DNA from: Chitinophagales bacterium
GTDB taxonomy: Bacteria; Bacteroidota; Bacteroidia; Chitinophagales; Chitinophagaceae
DNA length: 64,000 nt
Assembly: GCA_038207175.1 (NCBI GenBank)
Contig: JBBRAD010000016.1
Location: forward strand, 14,726-78,725
Direction of reading: 5' to 3'
Shown piece after piece: positions 16,749-27,671 of the stretch. Position numbers and translations under genes: made by a program. Every line of letters begins with the position of its first letter. Positions within the stretch are counted from its first letter, which is position 1. A model generated the notes under the pieces. It was not told the DNA's origin. It did no database searches and worked only from the letters and a program-made list of their open reading frames with translations.

Positions 16749-18083
16749 TCACTTCAGGTAAGGGCTGCTGAAGCCAAGTTTTTTTAAACCGGTTTGCACT
16801 TCGGGGCAGCCCATAAATAATTTCCAGAGCAAACCTGTGCGGTAATTCTCAATCATGCTGATAATGGGGCCTTCATCAATGGCTAAGTATTCTGTTGCAT
16901 ACCAGTTTTTCTGCTCGCTGAAGGCATCGGTAAAACCATACACGCCCCATATTTTATCACCCAGGTCATAATAAAAATGTTTTAGCGCTTTCATAGAATA
17001 TTCCGGTGTGTAAGGAAAAGAGGACAATGCCGCTGTAGGAGAAATTACCCCCAGGTCATTATCGGGAGAATGTGCATTATATCCTTCATAATTGTCGCTT
17101 GCCGTTAGCCCCCAGCAATTTTCTCCATAACCTTTATAATGGTTTGGGTTGAGCACACAATGTTTGTAATTAATAAGCGTGTGGTTGTAATTCTGCTCCC
17201 AGTAACCGGCATATTTATCTTTTAATCCATGCGGATCAAGACCCATAAAAGAATAATGAGCAAAAAATAAAGGGCCGCCATAATCAAAGCCCAGCGGCAG
17301 TTTTACTCCATAAAATTCTTTGCCATTGATAAAATGATCACCTGTTGCCCAGCAGTTGTGGTAAACCTGCGGGTCAATGGCATAAGTAGGCGATGATGCA
17401 GAAAGTACATAAGTAATAAGGCATTCATTCCATCCATGTATTTCAAAATTCATGGCCCAGCCAAACTTCGGGCTCCAGTGCCAGTATAATAATTGCTGCC
17501 CGCCTTCTGTATGCCAGTTCCATTGTGCATTTTGCCAGAGCATATTTATTTTATTATCCAGTTCGGCTTCACTTGCAGTGTGCCTGTTATAATATTGCCT
17601 GGCACAAAGCAGGCCTTCAAACAGGTACGAGGTTTCAACAATATCTGCGCCGTCATCTTTATCACTGAATGGAATTGTTTTGCCTGTTTCACCATTCAGC
17701 CAGTGAGGGAAAATTCCGTGGTAAGTATCTGCCTTCATTAAAAAATTTACTTCTTTCAGTAAATGATTTACGGCGCTGTCTCTGTTTATCCATTTTCTTT
17801 CAGTAGCAACTATAAAAGCCATTACACCAAAACCACTGCCGCCAATAGTAACTACTTCGTTTCCATAATTGTATGCTCTATTGCTGCGCTCTCTTGCAAG
17901 GCCGCTTACCGGGTGGGCAAAGTCATAAAAATACCTGAAGCTTTGTTTTTGAACCAAATCAAGCAGGGCTGAGTCTGAAAGGGTTTTCTTTGTGGGCTCA
18001 GCGCTTGTTGCAGTTGTATTTTGTGCATGCGCAAAAAAAGTTATACAAAAAAGAAACCATGCACTGACAAAATTTTTTTTCAT
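16749..18083 (-). CDS. Glucoamylase-family (PF10091 / GH144-like) glycoside hydrolase, secreted
   Basis: Signal peptide MKKNFVSAWFLFCITFFAHAQ. Conserved blocks are HPVSGLARERS, GGSGFGVMAFIVATERKWI, HGIFPHWLNGETG and DDGADIVETSYL. The start was set at the ATG at 18083. Confidence 0.7.
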   Translation of the reverse strand: MKKNFVSAWFLFCITFFAHAQNTTATSAEPTKKTLSDSALLDLVQKQSFRYFYDFAHPVSGLARERSNRAYNYGNEVVTIGGSGFGVMAFIVATERKWINRDSAVNHLLKEVNFLMKADTYHGIFPHWLNGETGKTIPFSDKDDGADIVETSYLFEGLLCARQYYNRHTASEAELDNKINMLWQNAQWNWHTEGGQQLLYWHWSPKFGWAMNFEIHGWNECLITYVLSASSPTYAIDPQVYHNCWATGDHFINGKEFYGVKLPLGFDYGGPLFFAHYSFMGLDPHGLKDKYAGYWEQNYNHTLINYKHCVLNPNHYKGYGENCWGLTASDNYEGYNAHSPDNDLGVISPTAALSSFPYTPEYSMKALKHFYYDLGDKIWGVYGFTDAFSEQKNWYATEYLAIDEGPIISMIENYRTGLLWKLFMGCPEVQTGLKKLGFSSPYLK

Positions 18084-18179
18084 GCGATATTTTTGACCGT
18101 TACAATTTATATAAAAAAGAGGAGCCCTTTGACAAGAGTTCCTCTGATAAAACAACTATAACCTACTGCTTAAGAAAGC

Positions 18180-19859
18180 CTAAAGATGGGGGCTTTGAAA
18201 ACCGAGTTTTGTCATGCCTGTTTTTACTTCAGGGCAGCTCATAAATAAGTTCCACACCAATCCTGTGCGGTAATTTTCAATCATTACAATAATCGGCCCC
18301 TGGTCAATAGCAAGGTAATCTGTATCAAACCATGGATTGGTAAGGTTGAATGCATCTGAAAAACCATAAAACCCCCAAAGTTTATCCCCCAGTTTATAAT
18401 AAAAGAATTTTAAAGCGGCCATTGACTGATCGGGTGTATAAGGGAAGGAAGACAATGCAGCGCTGGGCGTAATAACACCGTCGTCATTGTCGGGCTCATG
18501 TGCGTTGTAACCATTCTGTTCATCGCTTGCTGTGAGGCCCCAGCATGAATCGCTGTAGCCGTTATATCTTCCCGGGTTGCTTACGCAATAACTGTAATTG
18601 ATAAGCGTGTGGTTAAGTGTTTGTAAACGATAATCTGCATACTGATCAGTTAAACCATTTGGGTTAACACCCAGGAAAGAATAATGCTCAAAAAATAAGG
18701 GGCCGCCTTTATCCGGACCGAGCGGTAGTGTGTATCCATAATAATTGTTGCCATTTTTCATGCTGCCGTTCCTGGCCCAGCCGTTTTTGTAAACGAGAGA
18801 ATCTATTGAATGGGTGGGAGAAGATGCGGCCATTACATAAGTTATCAAAGCCTCATCCCATCCGTTTACCTGCATATAGCTGTCCCAGCCATAATTAGGG
18901 CTCCAATGCCAGTATAAAGTATTCTGTCCGTTGTTTCTGAACCAGTCCCACTCTACGTTTTTGTATAATTTATTAACCGTCTTTCTCAGATTCGATTCAA
19001 GAGAATCTGTTCCGTTAAAATACTGCCGGGCAGTAAGAAGTCCTTCCATCAGGTAAGATGTTTCCACAATGTCAGCTCCGTCATCATGGGCACTGAACGG
19101 GATGGTGGCGCCGGAGTTGCCGTTTATCCAGTGTGCAAAAGCCCCGTGATATTTTGATGCATAAACATCAAGGAAATTCGCAATTTTAGTAACCCTTGCC
19201 AGGCCATCTGCCCTTGTTATAAACCCTCTTTCTATAGCCACGGGTATAGCCATTATTCCAAAACCGGTACCACCTGTTGTTACCACATCGCCTGAAGTAA
19301 ATCTCTCCTTTGCCATACCTGAAATGGGATGGCCCCAGATCCAGAAATAATTAAAAGTATTTTTTTCTATAAGGGTAAGTAATTTGTTATCAGTAATCCT
19401 TGGGAATTTATCAGAAGAATCAATGGTGGTTACCTGCCCGTAGGCATAGCTCACACCTAATGCAGTGTTTTTATTTGATTGAAGGTTTGGATGTATATAG
19501 ATTGTGTATTTTGTCAGATATTTTAATGCGGACTGCGTGGTAACTACAATTACGCTGTCCTGTTTTTCATAAGAAAAATTTACAGGTATAACGCTGGTTC
19601 CGTTTTCTTTCAGCTCCACATTTGCTGAAACCGTAGCCCTGTTAATTTTTTTAGAGAAAGTGAGTTTGATGACAGGATTAATTTTAATATGGTAATAATT
19701 ATAAAACCCCGACTGATTGTCAATGCTCAATGATATAAAATAAAAACTGCCTGCCATGCGCTGCTCGAGCCCCGAAGAGTCAGCCGGTACTGCATTTTCG
19801 GGTTTGGTGCAGGAAACGGAAAAAAACACAAAAGCAATTACAAAAAGAATGTTTTTCAT
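18180..19859 (-). CDS. Glucoamylase-family (PF10091 / GH144-like) glycoside hydrolase lipoprotein with N-terminal Ig-like domain
   Basis: Lipoprotein signal (FVFFSVSC) followed by a ~130-aa Ig-like module. The remainder is a paralog of 16749..18083, with HPISGMAKERF, GGTGFGIMAIPVAIERGFI, HGAFAHWINGNSG and DDGADIVETSYL. Confidence 0.7.
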   Translation of the reverse strand: MKNILFVIAFVFFSVSCTKPENAVPADSSGLEQRMAGSFYFISLSIDNQSGFYNYYHIKINPVIKLTFSKKINRATVSANVELKENGTSVIPVNFSYEKQDSVIVVTTQSALKYLTKYTIYIHPNLQSNKNTALGVSYAYGQVTTIDSSDKFPRITDNKLLTLIEKNTFNYFWIWGHPISGMAKERFTSGDVVTTGGTGFGIMAIPVAIERGFITRADGLARVTKIANFLDVYASKYHGAFAHWINGNSGATIPFSAHDDGADIVETSYLMEGLLTARQYFNGTDSLESNLRKTVNKLYKNVEWDWFRNNGQNTLYWHWSPNYGWDSYMQVNGWDEALITYVMAASSPTHSIDSLVYKNGWARNGSMKNGNNYYGYTLPLGPDKGGPLFFEHYSFLGVNPNGLTDQYADYRLQTLNHTLINYSYCVSNPGRYNGYSDSCWGLTASDEQNGYNAHEPDNDDGVITPSAALSSFPYTPDQSMAALKFFYYKLGDKLWGFYGFSDAFNLTNPWFDTDYLAIDQGPIIVMIENYRTGLVWNLFMSCPEVKTGMTKLGFQSPHL

Positions 19860-19961
19860 TTCAATAATTTTTCAGGTACAGCATACAGGCTCTGCGCTGA
19901 TCTGTTTTGATGAGTTAATAGAAATCCGTAAAAAATGGAATTTAAACAGTTTTTAAAATTT

Positions 19962-20003
19962 AAAAAGAGGCGCTTCTTTTTTCTTTGAAGACACCTCTTT
20001 TTT
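19962..20003 (-). terminator. Possible hairpin terminator after the LamG lipoprotein gene
   Basis: An interrupted stem GAGG..CTTC / GAAG..CCTC flanked by an A-run and a T-run. The stem is imperfect. Confidence 0.4.
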
Positions 20004-20045
20004 AAAAACAATAAAAATTACCCAGGCTTTTAAAAATTATTCATA

Positions 20046-20909
20046 CTAAAAAAGAGCGGTGTTGTAAATCTTCAATTCGTCTATACGGCCTTGAAAACCG
20101 AGCATCCATGGCTGAGGGGCGCCAAACAGCACAGGATCCCATGTATTTTGAAAAGCGCCGATTACCACTCCGTGAGGATTGGGGTTGGCAGCCAGATTTC
20201 CAAGAGGCTGGCGTGTGGCAGAGTCTCCCCTGTCGTACAATGTTACAGCGTCAAAATACTTTACATTATTTACTTTTAAAGTATATTTAGAAGTGGAGCC
20301 ATTGTAAGAAAATTGAACACGCACCCAATGCTTATAGAAGTTAGGTATTCCACCCTTTACAGTCCACTGTTCGTTATAGTCAATGGCTTTATTGGCTTTA
20401 AACATTACTTTAATCAAACCAGAATCTCCCTGGCTTGAATTATAACCATCCAATAATACATGCATATCGGGCCAGAATGCCCCTGTTTGAGGCAGGCAAA
20501 ATACAGACTGTGCACCACCTTCTTTAGGGTATGCATACAGCCAGAAATCTACTGTCAATCCTGTGGTAAGGTTGGGCAATGCTGTACCCGCAGAAGCATA
20601 AGAAACATAACCACTGTCGGCACTTTTAAATGCAGCTATGCCATGCTCAGCCTGGCTGGTGCTGGAAAACTTAAGATGGTTATGCACAATACCCATCAGC
20701 ATTTGCTGTTTTTCTGTCCAGATGCTGTCGAAATGCCAGAGCGCAATTGGTGACCCTGAAAGTAAATCTTTATTAAAGTTTAAATCTGTTTCGTTTACAG
20801 GTGCAGGTTTCAGGTCCGAGCTTTTATTGCACGAGCCTAGGAACATTACCAGCCCGAGGGCAAGAATGGCCGTCATAAAAAATGAAATTCCTTTTGTCAT
20901 CTTTTTCAT
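20046..20909 (-). CDS. LamG/concanavalin-A-like domain lipoprotein (candidate surface glycan-binding protein of the PUL)
   Basis: Lipoprotein signal (LVMFLGSC). The C-terminal GRIDELKIYNTAL motif is typical of Laminin_G_3-type domains. The gene sits immediately downstream of SusD. Confidence 0.6.
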   Translation of the reverse strand: MKKMTKGISFFMTAILALGLVMFLGSCNKSSDLKPAPVNETDLNFNKDLLSGSPIALWHFDSIWTEKQQMLMGIVHNHLKFSSTSQAEHGIAAFKSADSGYVSYASAGTALPNLTTGLTVDFWLYAYPKEGGAQSVFCLPQTGAFWPDMHVLLDGYNSSQGDSGLIKVMFKANKAIDYNEQWTVKGGIPNFYKHWVRVQFSYNGSTSKYTLKVNNVKYFDAVTLYDRGDSATRQPLGNLAANPNPHGVVIGAFQNTWDPVLFGAPQPWMLGFQGRIDELKIYNTALF

Positions 20910-21088
20910 TTGAGGTTGTTTTTTGTTTGTTATTAAATAGAAAAATAGATACTTTTTTTAAGTTTTGTAGCTGTTTGTCATATCAGGGCGACCCGCGAAT
21001 ATGCGTTATGTACGAGATTAAATAATTATTCATAAAGAAGGATTAAAAAGTTCTGAATAATATAATTCAATGCTGCATTTAAAAAATA

Positions 21089-22615
21089 TTACCAGCCGGG
21101 ATTTTGGTGCAATACTCCTTTTGATAAATCAATTTGAGTTTGTGGAATAGGTAGCCATTCATCTCTGCCTTTTGTATAATTTACTTTTCCTGCTGCGTGC
21201 ATTACGCTGTCTGCAATGCCCCAGCGCACAAGGTCAAAAAACCTGTCAAACTCCATGGCAAATTCCACCATACGTTCGTGCTGTATGGCCAGGCGTAACT
21301 GGTTTTGATCAGTAGTGGTTACCGGAGGCAATATTGCATTGTTACCGTTTCTTGCACGGGCTCTTACCCATTCCAGTTTTTGCAGCGCCGCCGCGGTTTG
21401 CCCCAGTTCATTGGCTGCTTCGGCATAAATAAGCACAACATCTGCATATCTTAAGATTCTTAAATCAACCCACCATCCATGCTGTCCTGCAAGCCCACCT
21501 ATGGCCAGTCGTTTTGCGGGATTGGTATAAACCTTCATGTTATAGGTAGAATCAGGTTCTGGCCCAAAAACTTCCCCGTATCGTGTAGGGTGCGGGCTGG
21601 GGCAATGTAAAATAGTGCTTTCTTCTCTGGGGTCGCCGGGTTCATAAGCTCTTTCCAATTGACCGGATGGATCATTAAATCCCCAGCCCAAATCCTGTAC
21701 ACCCACGCCCCGCACTCCCTGGCCATTTGCATATTCGCATCCATACTCTGTAGGATGATTGGCATCTGCATAAGCCTGTATTTCAAATACTGATTCACTG
21801 GAGTTTTCCCCTTCATCCGTAAAAATTTTATCGTAAGGCGTTGATAAATCATACATACCAGAGCTTATTACCATATCTGCTGTTGCCATTGCCTCGGCCC
21901 ATTTTTTTTCATATAGATACACTTTTGCCAGCAGGCCGTTTGCCGAACCGCTGGTAGCCCTGCCTATAAATTTAGCATCCCATTTTAAAGGAAGATTAGC
22001 TGCTGCATATTGCAAATCCTTTTCTATAAAAGCGTAAATTTCTGCCGGAGTGGATTGGGGTACATTTGAGCCTGATACCGTTAACACCGAATCAATTAAA
22101 GGGATATTTCCAAAAAGTCTTTCAAAAGTAAAATAAGCATAGCTTCTTATAAACCTAGCCTCTGCCTGCGCAAGCGTTTTTGTAGCTTCGGGTGTGGCTG
22201 TAGTATCTTTTTTTACTACATCCAAAATAATATTACATTTATTAATCAGATTACTGTACCCATTCCACACATCGTTTAAGAAACCGGTAGAGGGCGACAT
22301 AGTAAAGTTATCTGATGCTACCAGCCCATATTCCGCTCCGTCAAAAAGAGAGCTGCCTTTATCAGCATCGTCACTTCTTATAAGTGTAGCAATAAACGGA
22401 TATGCGGATACCTGGTAATCACGCAGGCTTGAGTAAGCGGAGAAAACAAACTGATCATACCGTCCTGACCCGGGCGGATAAGGATAATTGTCTATAGTAT
22501 ATCTGCCTAACGGTTGCCTGTCAAGAAATTTGTTGCACCCGGCAATATAAATTGTGGAAAGAAGCAAAACAAATGCCCCAAGGGTTACAACTTTGCTTTT
22601 ATTTCCTTTAGACAT
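21089..22615 (-). CDS. RagB/SusD-family nutrient-binding outer-membrane lipoprotein
   Basis: 508-aa ORF with a lipoprotein signal (IYIAGC). It has SusD-like TPR-rich N-terminal blocks and a C-terminus ERMVEFAMEFDRFFDLVRW...NPGW. It lies directly downstream of the SusC homolog. Confidence 0.9.
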   Translation of the reverse strand: MSKGNKSKVVTLGAFVLLLSTIYIAGCNKFLDRQPLGRYTIDNYPYPPGSGRYDQFVFSAYSSLRDYQVSAYPFIATLIRSDDADKGSSLFDGAEYGLVASDNFTMSPSTGFLNDVWNGYSNLINKCNIILDVVKKDTTATPEATKTLAQAEARFIRSYAYFTFERLFGNIPLIDSVLTVSGSNVPQSTPAEIYAFIEKDLQYAAANLPLKWDAKFIGRATSGSANGLLAKVYLYEKKWAEAMATADMVISSGMYDLSTPYDKIFTDEGENSSESVFEIQAYADANHPTEYGCEYANGQGVRGVGVQDLGWGFNDPSGQLERAYEPGDPREESTILHCPSPHPTRYGEVFGPEPDSTYNMKVYTNPAKRLAIGGLAGQHGWWVDLRILRYADVVLIYAEAANELGQTAAALQKLEWVRARARNGNNAILPPVTTTDQNQLRLAIQHERMVEFAMEFDRFFDLVRWGIADSVMHAAGKVNYTKGRDEWLPIPQTQIDLSKGVLHQNPGW

Positions 22616-22641
22616 AGAAGTTATTTTTATAAATTATCTTA

Positions 22642-25600
22642 TTAAAATGTTGCGTTTAAACCAAAAGAATAAATAGCAGGTAAAGGATAAACCCCATTGT
22701 CGTGCCCCGCGCTTATGGGGTTATCCACAGGCACTTCCGGGCTATAACCGGTGGCTTTTGTAAATGTTGCGATATTTTGCCCGCTTATGTACACACGCAG
22801 CATTTTGATGGGGTTGTTTTTTATCCTGCTTACATTAAAATTATATCCAAGCTGCACAGTACGCAAACGAAAATAATCACCCGGCTCCAGCCAGTAATCA
22901 GAAAAAAACCTATTGCTTACACGACTGGGATTTAGGATAGGCTCCTTATTTTCTGAGCCAGGTTTTTTCCAGGCATTTAAGCGGTTTGTTTCATAGTTAA
23001 GTTGCGCAAAAGAATAAGTCCTTCTTTCCAGAAAGATTTTATTACCAGCAACACCCTGAGCTTCAACAGCCAGGTCAAACCCTTTATATACAAGCGAAAT
23101 GGATAAGCCAAAATTATATTTTGGAAAAGGTGTGCCTAAATAACTGCGATCCCTTGCATCAAGTGTATCATTGCCATCAAGGTCTTTGTATGATATATCT
23201 CCGGGCAAAAAGCCGCCGGCATAATATGGCCCCTTGTCTATCTGGGCCTGTGTTTGATAAATACCTGTTTGCTGGTAACCGTAAAAATAACCAATGGAGT
23301 TGCCCGATTCTGTAATATTAATGGTTTGTTGCGCACCTGTACCTATCAATTGAAAATTAAAGCTATTGCCGATAGACTCTACGTTATTTTTGTTTAAACT
23401 AAAGTTGCCGTTTACTGAATAATTGAAATCCCTGCCAATATGGTCACTCCAGCCAGCGGTAATTTCGAGGCCTTTATTGTCAATGGTACCCAGGTTTGTT
23501 AAATAGGGTTTAGGTGTATTTGGCACTGTTATAAATGTAAGGATGTCATGGGTTTTGCGGTCGTAGAAATCTACATCAAGGCTCAGCCTGTTTCCTAAAA
23601 CACGGGCTTCAAAGCCTGCATCTTTACCTTCCACAGTTTCCCAATGCAGGTTGGGGTCAGGTGTATATTGTGGCTCTACTGCAGGATAAATATTTTCTCC
23701 AAAAATACCTACATTGGCGTTGTTTAATCCCGGGTAAAACCTGTAATTCTCAATATTTAAACCATTACCCACTGTTCCCCAAGAGCCTTTTAATTTTAAA
23801 AAGTCAACCCATTTTATGTTTTTCATAAAATTTTCGTCACTTACTACCCATCCAGCTCCTAAGCTTTCAAAATTTCCCCATTGATGCAATGGGGAAAATT
23901 TAGAAGTGCCATCCCTGCGGAAAGTAGCATTTAATAAATACCGGTTTTTGAATGTATAATTCACCCTGCCGATAAATGACATTGAAGCATCTTCTTCGGC
24001 TCCGCCGCCAAAATTGCCGGGGTTTGATGACTGTGCTATATTCAGGTACCAGAATATAGGATCGTTGGGAATATTCAGTGATGTATCAGTTCTCTCGCCA
24101 TTTATAAATTCATTGTAGTGGTATAAAGTGCTGAAACCCGCCAGGGCAGTAATATGGTGCCCGCCTTTAAAAAGTTTATCAAAAGTAAGCGTATGATCCT
24201 GCTGATAGGTTTTGTATTGCGCTGATGATTGGTTAACCCCGGCATGCGCATTTGAATCAAAATAAGTTTTTGTGGGTATAATTCCTTCTCCCAGATAAAT
24301 ATAAGAATAGGGAAGAGATGAATAGCCACGCGATTGATTAAAACCAAGATCAGTATAAAAAGTTGATTTTAAAGTAAAATATTCTGCAAACTTTATTTCA
24401 GCAAAAATATTGCCTGTAAACCGGTAGCCGCTGTTAAGGGTGAGCCCGTTTGCCTGGTTTATTATTGCCATTGGGTTTGCCACCTGTGCCCTTTGAAACG
24501 ACGGTGTGGCATAATACAAATCAGCACCTCCCTGTATGGGAATAATGGGTGCTGCCCACAGTGCCTCATTTTCAATACCATCTGCAGGCGGGTTCTGCTT
24601 AAAATAAAATCCACCAACTTCTGCTCCAACTCTTATATTTTTTGTAACCCTTATTTCCTCATTTAAACGGGCAATAAATTTCTGGTATTTATCAAATTTT
24701 TCCACACCCTCCTGTGTAGAGTAACCAAGGTTTAAATAGGTGGTGCTTTTTTCACTGCTGTTGGAAATGCTCAGGCTGTTGCTCGCTATTATTGCCGGTC
24801 GGAAGATTTGATTTTGCCAGTTGGTGTTTCCACCTGCGGAATCGTAACGGCTAAAGTCAAACAGCGTTGTTGCCATTACATTAGCTTCCTGCTGTGAATA
24901 TAATTTTTTAAACCCTGCGGCATCCACCACATCAATGGTATGTATTACTTTTTGTATGCCCACATTTGATTGAAAGTTTATAGTTGTTTGCCCTTTTTTG
25001 GCGCGTTTGGTGGTGATGATGATAACGCCGTTGCCTCCCTGTAATCCATAGATCGCTTCTGAAGAAGGGTCTTTCAATATTTCAATTGTTTCTATGTCGG
25101 CCTGGTTGATATAATCAATATTGGTTTGCAATATTCCATCTACCACGTACAGAGGATCAGCATTGTTTGTTGAGTTTACACCGCGTATCCTTACGGTGGG
25201 TGAAGAACCCGCCTGGCCTGAATTTACAACCGTCAATCCTGCAACCTTACCCTGGAGCGATGCAATGGGGTTGGTAGAAGGCATCTTTGAAATATCATCA
25301 CCTTTGATAACTGCTATAGAACCTGTGAGGTCACGCTTTTTCTGCGTTCCATATCCTATAACCACCACCTGGTCAAGTTCTTTTTTTGAAGGCAACAGTA
25401 CCACAGATATATCGTTCTTTCCTGCAACGGGTATTTCCTGAGTTTCATAACCTACATAAGAAAAAACAAGGACGTCTTTATCAGCAGCATTTATGGAAAA
25501 CATCCCCTGCTCATTGGTCAAACTCCCTTTATTCGTTCCTTTGATTTGTACAGAAACACCGCTTAACGGCCCCCCTGTTTCATTGGTTACTTTGCCTGTT

Positions 25601-25989
25601 ATGGTATTGGGTGCTTCAGGCAGGGGATAACCGGCCTTCTGTGTAATAACCACAAGGTTATTCTCCATAAAACGGTAAGCAAGGGGAGTATTTAAAAATA
25701 TGCTGTCTAATACATCTTTTATATCAGCATCCTGAACAGACAGGCTTACCTTTTGCGAAAGCCCGTTAAGCCCGGTATTATACAGAAACCTGTAAGTGGA
25801 CTTTTTCTCAATGGTATTAAGAACGGTGGCAATATCCTCATTCCTGAATTTTAAACTCAGTTTCTGCTGCGCCAGCCCTTTTGCAGAGATTTGCACAGCA
25901 AACAAAAGCATGCAAACTGTAATCATTTTCATAACAAGCAGTCCTTTAGAAAATAACGGGTTTTTTTTTACCGCTTCAAAAAATTTCAT
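22642..25989 (-). CDS. SusC/RagA-family TonB-linked outer-membrane protein with N-terminal STN (FecR-interacting) signalling domain
   Basis: STN-like segment (KLSLKFRNEDIATVLNTIEKKSTYRFLY), then a CarbopepD_reg-like domain, a plug (VVIGYGTQKKRDLTGS) and a long barrel ending in F. The start is either 25989 or 25932. Confidence 0.9.
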   Translation of the reverse strand: MKFFEAVKKNPLFSKGLLVMKMITVCMLLFAVQISAKGLAQQKLSLKFRNEDIATVLNTIEKKSTYRFLYNTGLNGLSQKVSLSVQDADIKDVLDSIFLNTPLAYRFMENNLVVITQKAGYPLPEAPNTITGKVTNETGGPLSGVSVQIKGTNKGSLTNEQGMFSINAADKDVLVFSYVGYETQEIPVAGKNDISVVLLPSKKELDQVVVIGYGTQKKRDLTGSIAVIKGDDISKMPSTNPIASLQGKVAGLTVVNSGQAGSSPTVRIRGVNSTNNADPLYVVDGILQTNIDYINQADIETIEILKDPSSEAIYGLQGGNGVIIITTKRAKKGQTTINFQSNVGIQKVIHTIDVVDAAGFKKLYSQQEANVMATTLFDFSRYDSAGGNTNWQNQIFRPAIIASNSLSISNSSEKSTTYLNLGYSTQEGVEKFDKYQKFIARLNEEIRVTKNIRVGAEVGGFYFKQNPPADGIENEALWAAPIIPIQGGADLYYATPSFQRAQVANPMAIINQANGLTLNSGYRFTGNIFAEIKFAEYFTLKSTFYTDLGFNQSRGYSSLPYSYIYLGEGIIPTKTYFDSNAHAGVNQSSAQYKTYQQDHTLTFDKLFKGGHHITALAGFSTLYHYNEFINGERTDTSLNIPNDPIFWYLNIAQSSNPGNFGGGAEEDASMSFIGRVNYTFKNRYLLNATFRRDGTSKFSPLHQWGNFESLGAGWVVSDENFMKNIKWVDFLKLKGSWGTVGNGLNIENYRFYPGLNNANVGIFGENIYPAVEPQYTPDPNLHWETVEGKDAGFEARVLGNRLSLDVDFYDRKTHDILTFITVPNTPKPYLTNLGTIDNKGLEITAGWSDHIGRDFNYSVNGNFSLNKNNVESIGNSFNFQLIGTGAQQTINITESGNSIGYFYGYQQTGIYQTQAQIDKGPYYAGGFLPGDISYKDLDGNDTLDARDRSYLGTPFPKYNFGLSISLVYKGFDLAVEAQGVAGNKIFLERRTYSFAQLNYETNRLNAWKKPGSENKEPILNPSRVSNRFFSDYWLEPGDYFRLRTVQLGYNFNVSRIKNNPIKMLRVYISGQNIATFTKATGYSPEVPVDNPISAGHDNGVYPLPAIYSFGLNATF

Positions 25990-26175
25990 ACCTTGAATTT
26001 TACTGGTCAAACAAATAAAGCCTCGTCAGGTTTTTACAAAATGGTTTACCGGTCGGAAAGAGGATGCTCCAACATTCTCTTTCCATTTATTTACACAGTT
26101 TCAGCCATCGATTTCATCATTTTATGCATAATTCTTTTTGATCTGCAGATGTACAATCTTTCTTTCTGTCTGCAA

Positions 26176-27303
26176 TTAATTACCGGCAATACTACTGATA
26201 TATATTTCCTGCCCCTTTATAATATAATTAAAGGGGGATGCAGCTTTTAATGCCACAAATGCCTGCTCCACTGTTTCAGTTTCAAATGACCCGCTAAACG
26301 TTAGTTGCTTTACCTTTTCATCTCCAAATACAATGGTTACATTGTACCATCTTTCTAATTGCCTTGCAAGCGTTTCAAATGTTTCTCCCCTGAATTCTAA
26401 ACGGTTATACACCCATGCCGTTTCAGCAACTTTGTTTTCTTTAACTGAATCAAGGTTTACAACCAGGTAACTCTTTACACTTGACTGCGGAGATACAGCA
26501 GTATTTTTACTGTCGCCCGCATCATCTTTTTTTACTATTACTTTTTGATTGGGGTGAATATAAATGGGCGGTATTTTGCTGTCACCTTCTTTTGTAAGCT
26601 GAACCAGGCCGCGCAGAAGCGTAGTTTCAACAGTCTTGTCTTCCGGGTATGATTTTACATTAAATGCAGTTCCCAAAACTTTTATATCATAGCCTGAAAC
26701 ATGCACTATAAAAGGCCGCTGCGGCTCCTTTGTAATATCAAAATAGGCTTCCCCTTCTAATTTTATTTCCCTTGTTTTACCGTTAAAATCATTGATATAG
26801 GATATCCGGGAACCCGCGTTCAGCCATACAGTTGAACCATCAGGCAGAATGGTGCGTGTGCGGGTACCGTTTTGTGTGGCAATACTCTGTGGCGTGTGAA
26901 TAACTTCGGCCTGTACGGGTGCCGGCTGCTTTGAAAAACTAATCCATACACCCAGGCTTATAATAAGTACTGCAGCCACGCCGGTTAAATAGTAAATTCT
27001 CTTCTGTATATTTCTTATCTTTCCTCCTGTTGTAATGCCGGGGCTGCTGCCGGGTGCATTATGAATATTTTCAGCAGCAGCTAATTGAAGTATCCGTGAA
27101 ATACCCGCTTTTTCATCCTCATTTATTTTCTCATCCCCGTCATAGGAATTTGTACCCCACATACGTTTTATCAGGTCATACTGCTGCTGCAGGGCTATAT
27201 TGCCATTAAGCAGTTCCAGTAATTCCTTAATCTCCTCCACCGTTGCTTCATTGCTCAGCGAACGGGCAATTAAAAACCATATTCTGTTTTGGGATTGTTC
27301 CAT
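26176..27303 (-). CDS. FecR-family anti-sigma factor / transmembrane sensor
   Basis: Cytoplasmic N-terminal domain, a single TM helix (LTGVAAVLIISLGVWI), a FecR domain and a DUF4974-like C-terminus (FETLARQLERWYNVTIVF). The start was set at the ATG at 27303. Confidence 0.85.
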   Translation of the reverse strand: MEQSQNRIWFLIARSLSNEATVEEIKELLELLNGNIALQQQYDLIKRMWGTNSYDGDEKINEDEKAGISRILQLAAAENIHNAPGSSPGITTGGKIRNIQKRIYYLTGVAAVLIISLGVWISFSKQPAPVQAEVIHTPQSIATQNGTRTRTILPDGSTVWLNAGSRISYINDFNGKTREIKLEGEAYFDITKEPQRPFIVHVSGYDIKVLGTAFNVKSYPEDKTVETTLLRGLVQLTKEGDSKIPPIYIHPNQKVIVKKDDAGDSKNTAVSPQSSVKSYLVVNLDSVKENKVAETAWVYNRLEFRGETFETLARQLERWYNVTIVFGDEKVKQLTFSGSFETETVEQAFVALKAASPFNYIIKGQEIYISSIAGN

Positions 27304-27671
27304 GAAAGATTTTGCAGTACTATATAGGACAGGCAAAATCAATCTATCTACTAAAGGATTTTTAAATATTTTTAACAAATGGGATAAGCAGGGGTAAACA
27401 CCTTAACATCATTGTGGTAACAAAGCATATACGTGTTTGGCTGTGACCTGTCAATCTGCTGATAGAAAATGATAAAGACTTTATTGAACTGATAAATTCC
27501 CTAAGCCATCAATGCCCTTTGTTATACCTCTCTGCATTTGATTTAGTCAAAGAACATTTTTACGCAGGTTTGGTGTAATTTATGCGAACTTAGATATAGA
27601 GCGGTAAGTGACCTGAAAGTAAAGGCAAAAAAGTATTGGTTGTGATTATATTCTCTGGCATACCCTCACGA

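Noticed and set aside
16455-16787. A 110-aa plus-strand ORF spanning the amidohydrolase stop, the hairpin repeat and the end of the GH144-like gene.
   Set aside because: It overlaps two better-supported genes, reads straight through the palindromic repeat and has low-complexity Lys/Glu content. It is most likely spurious.
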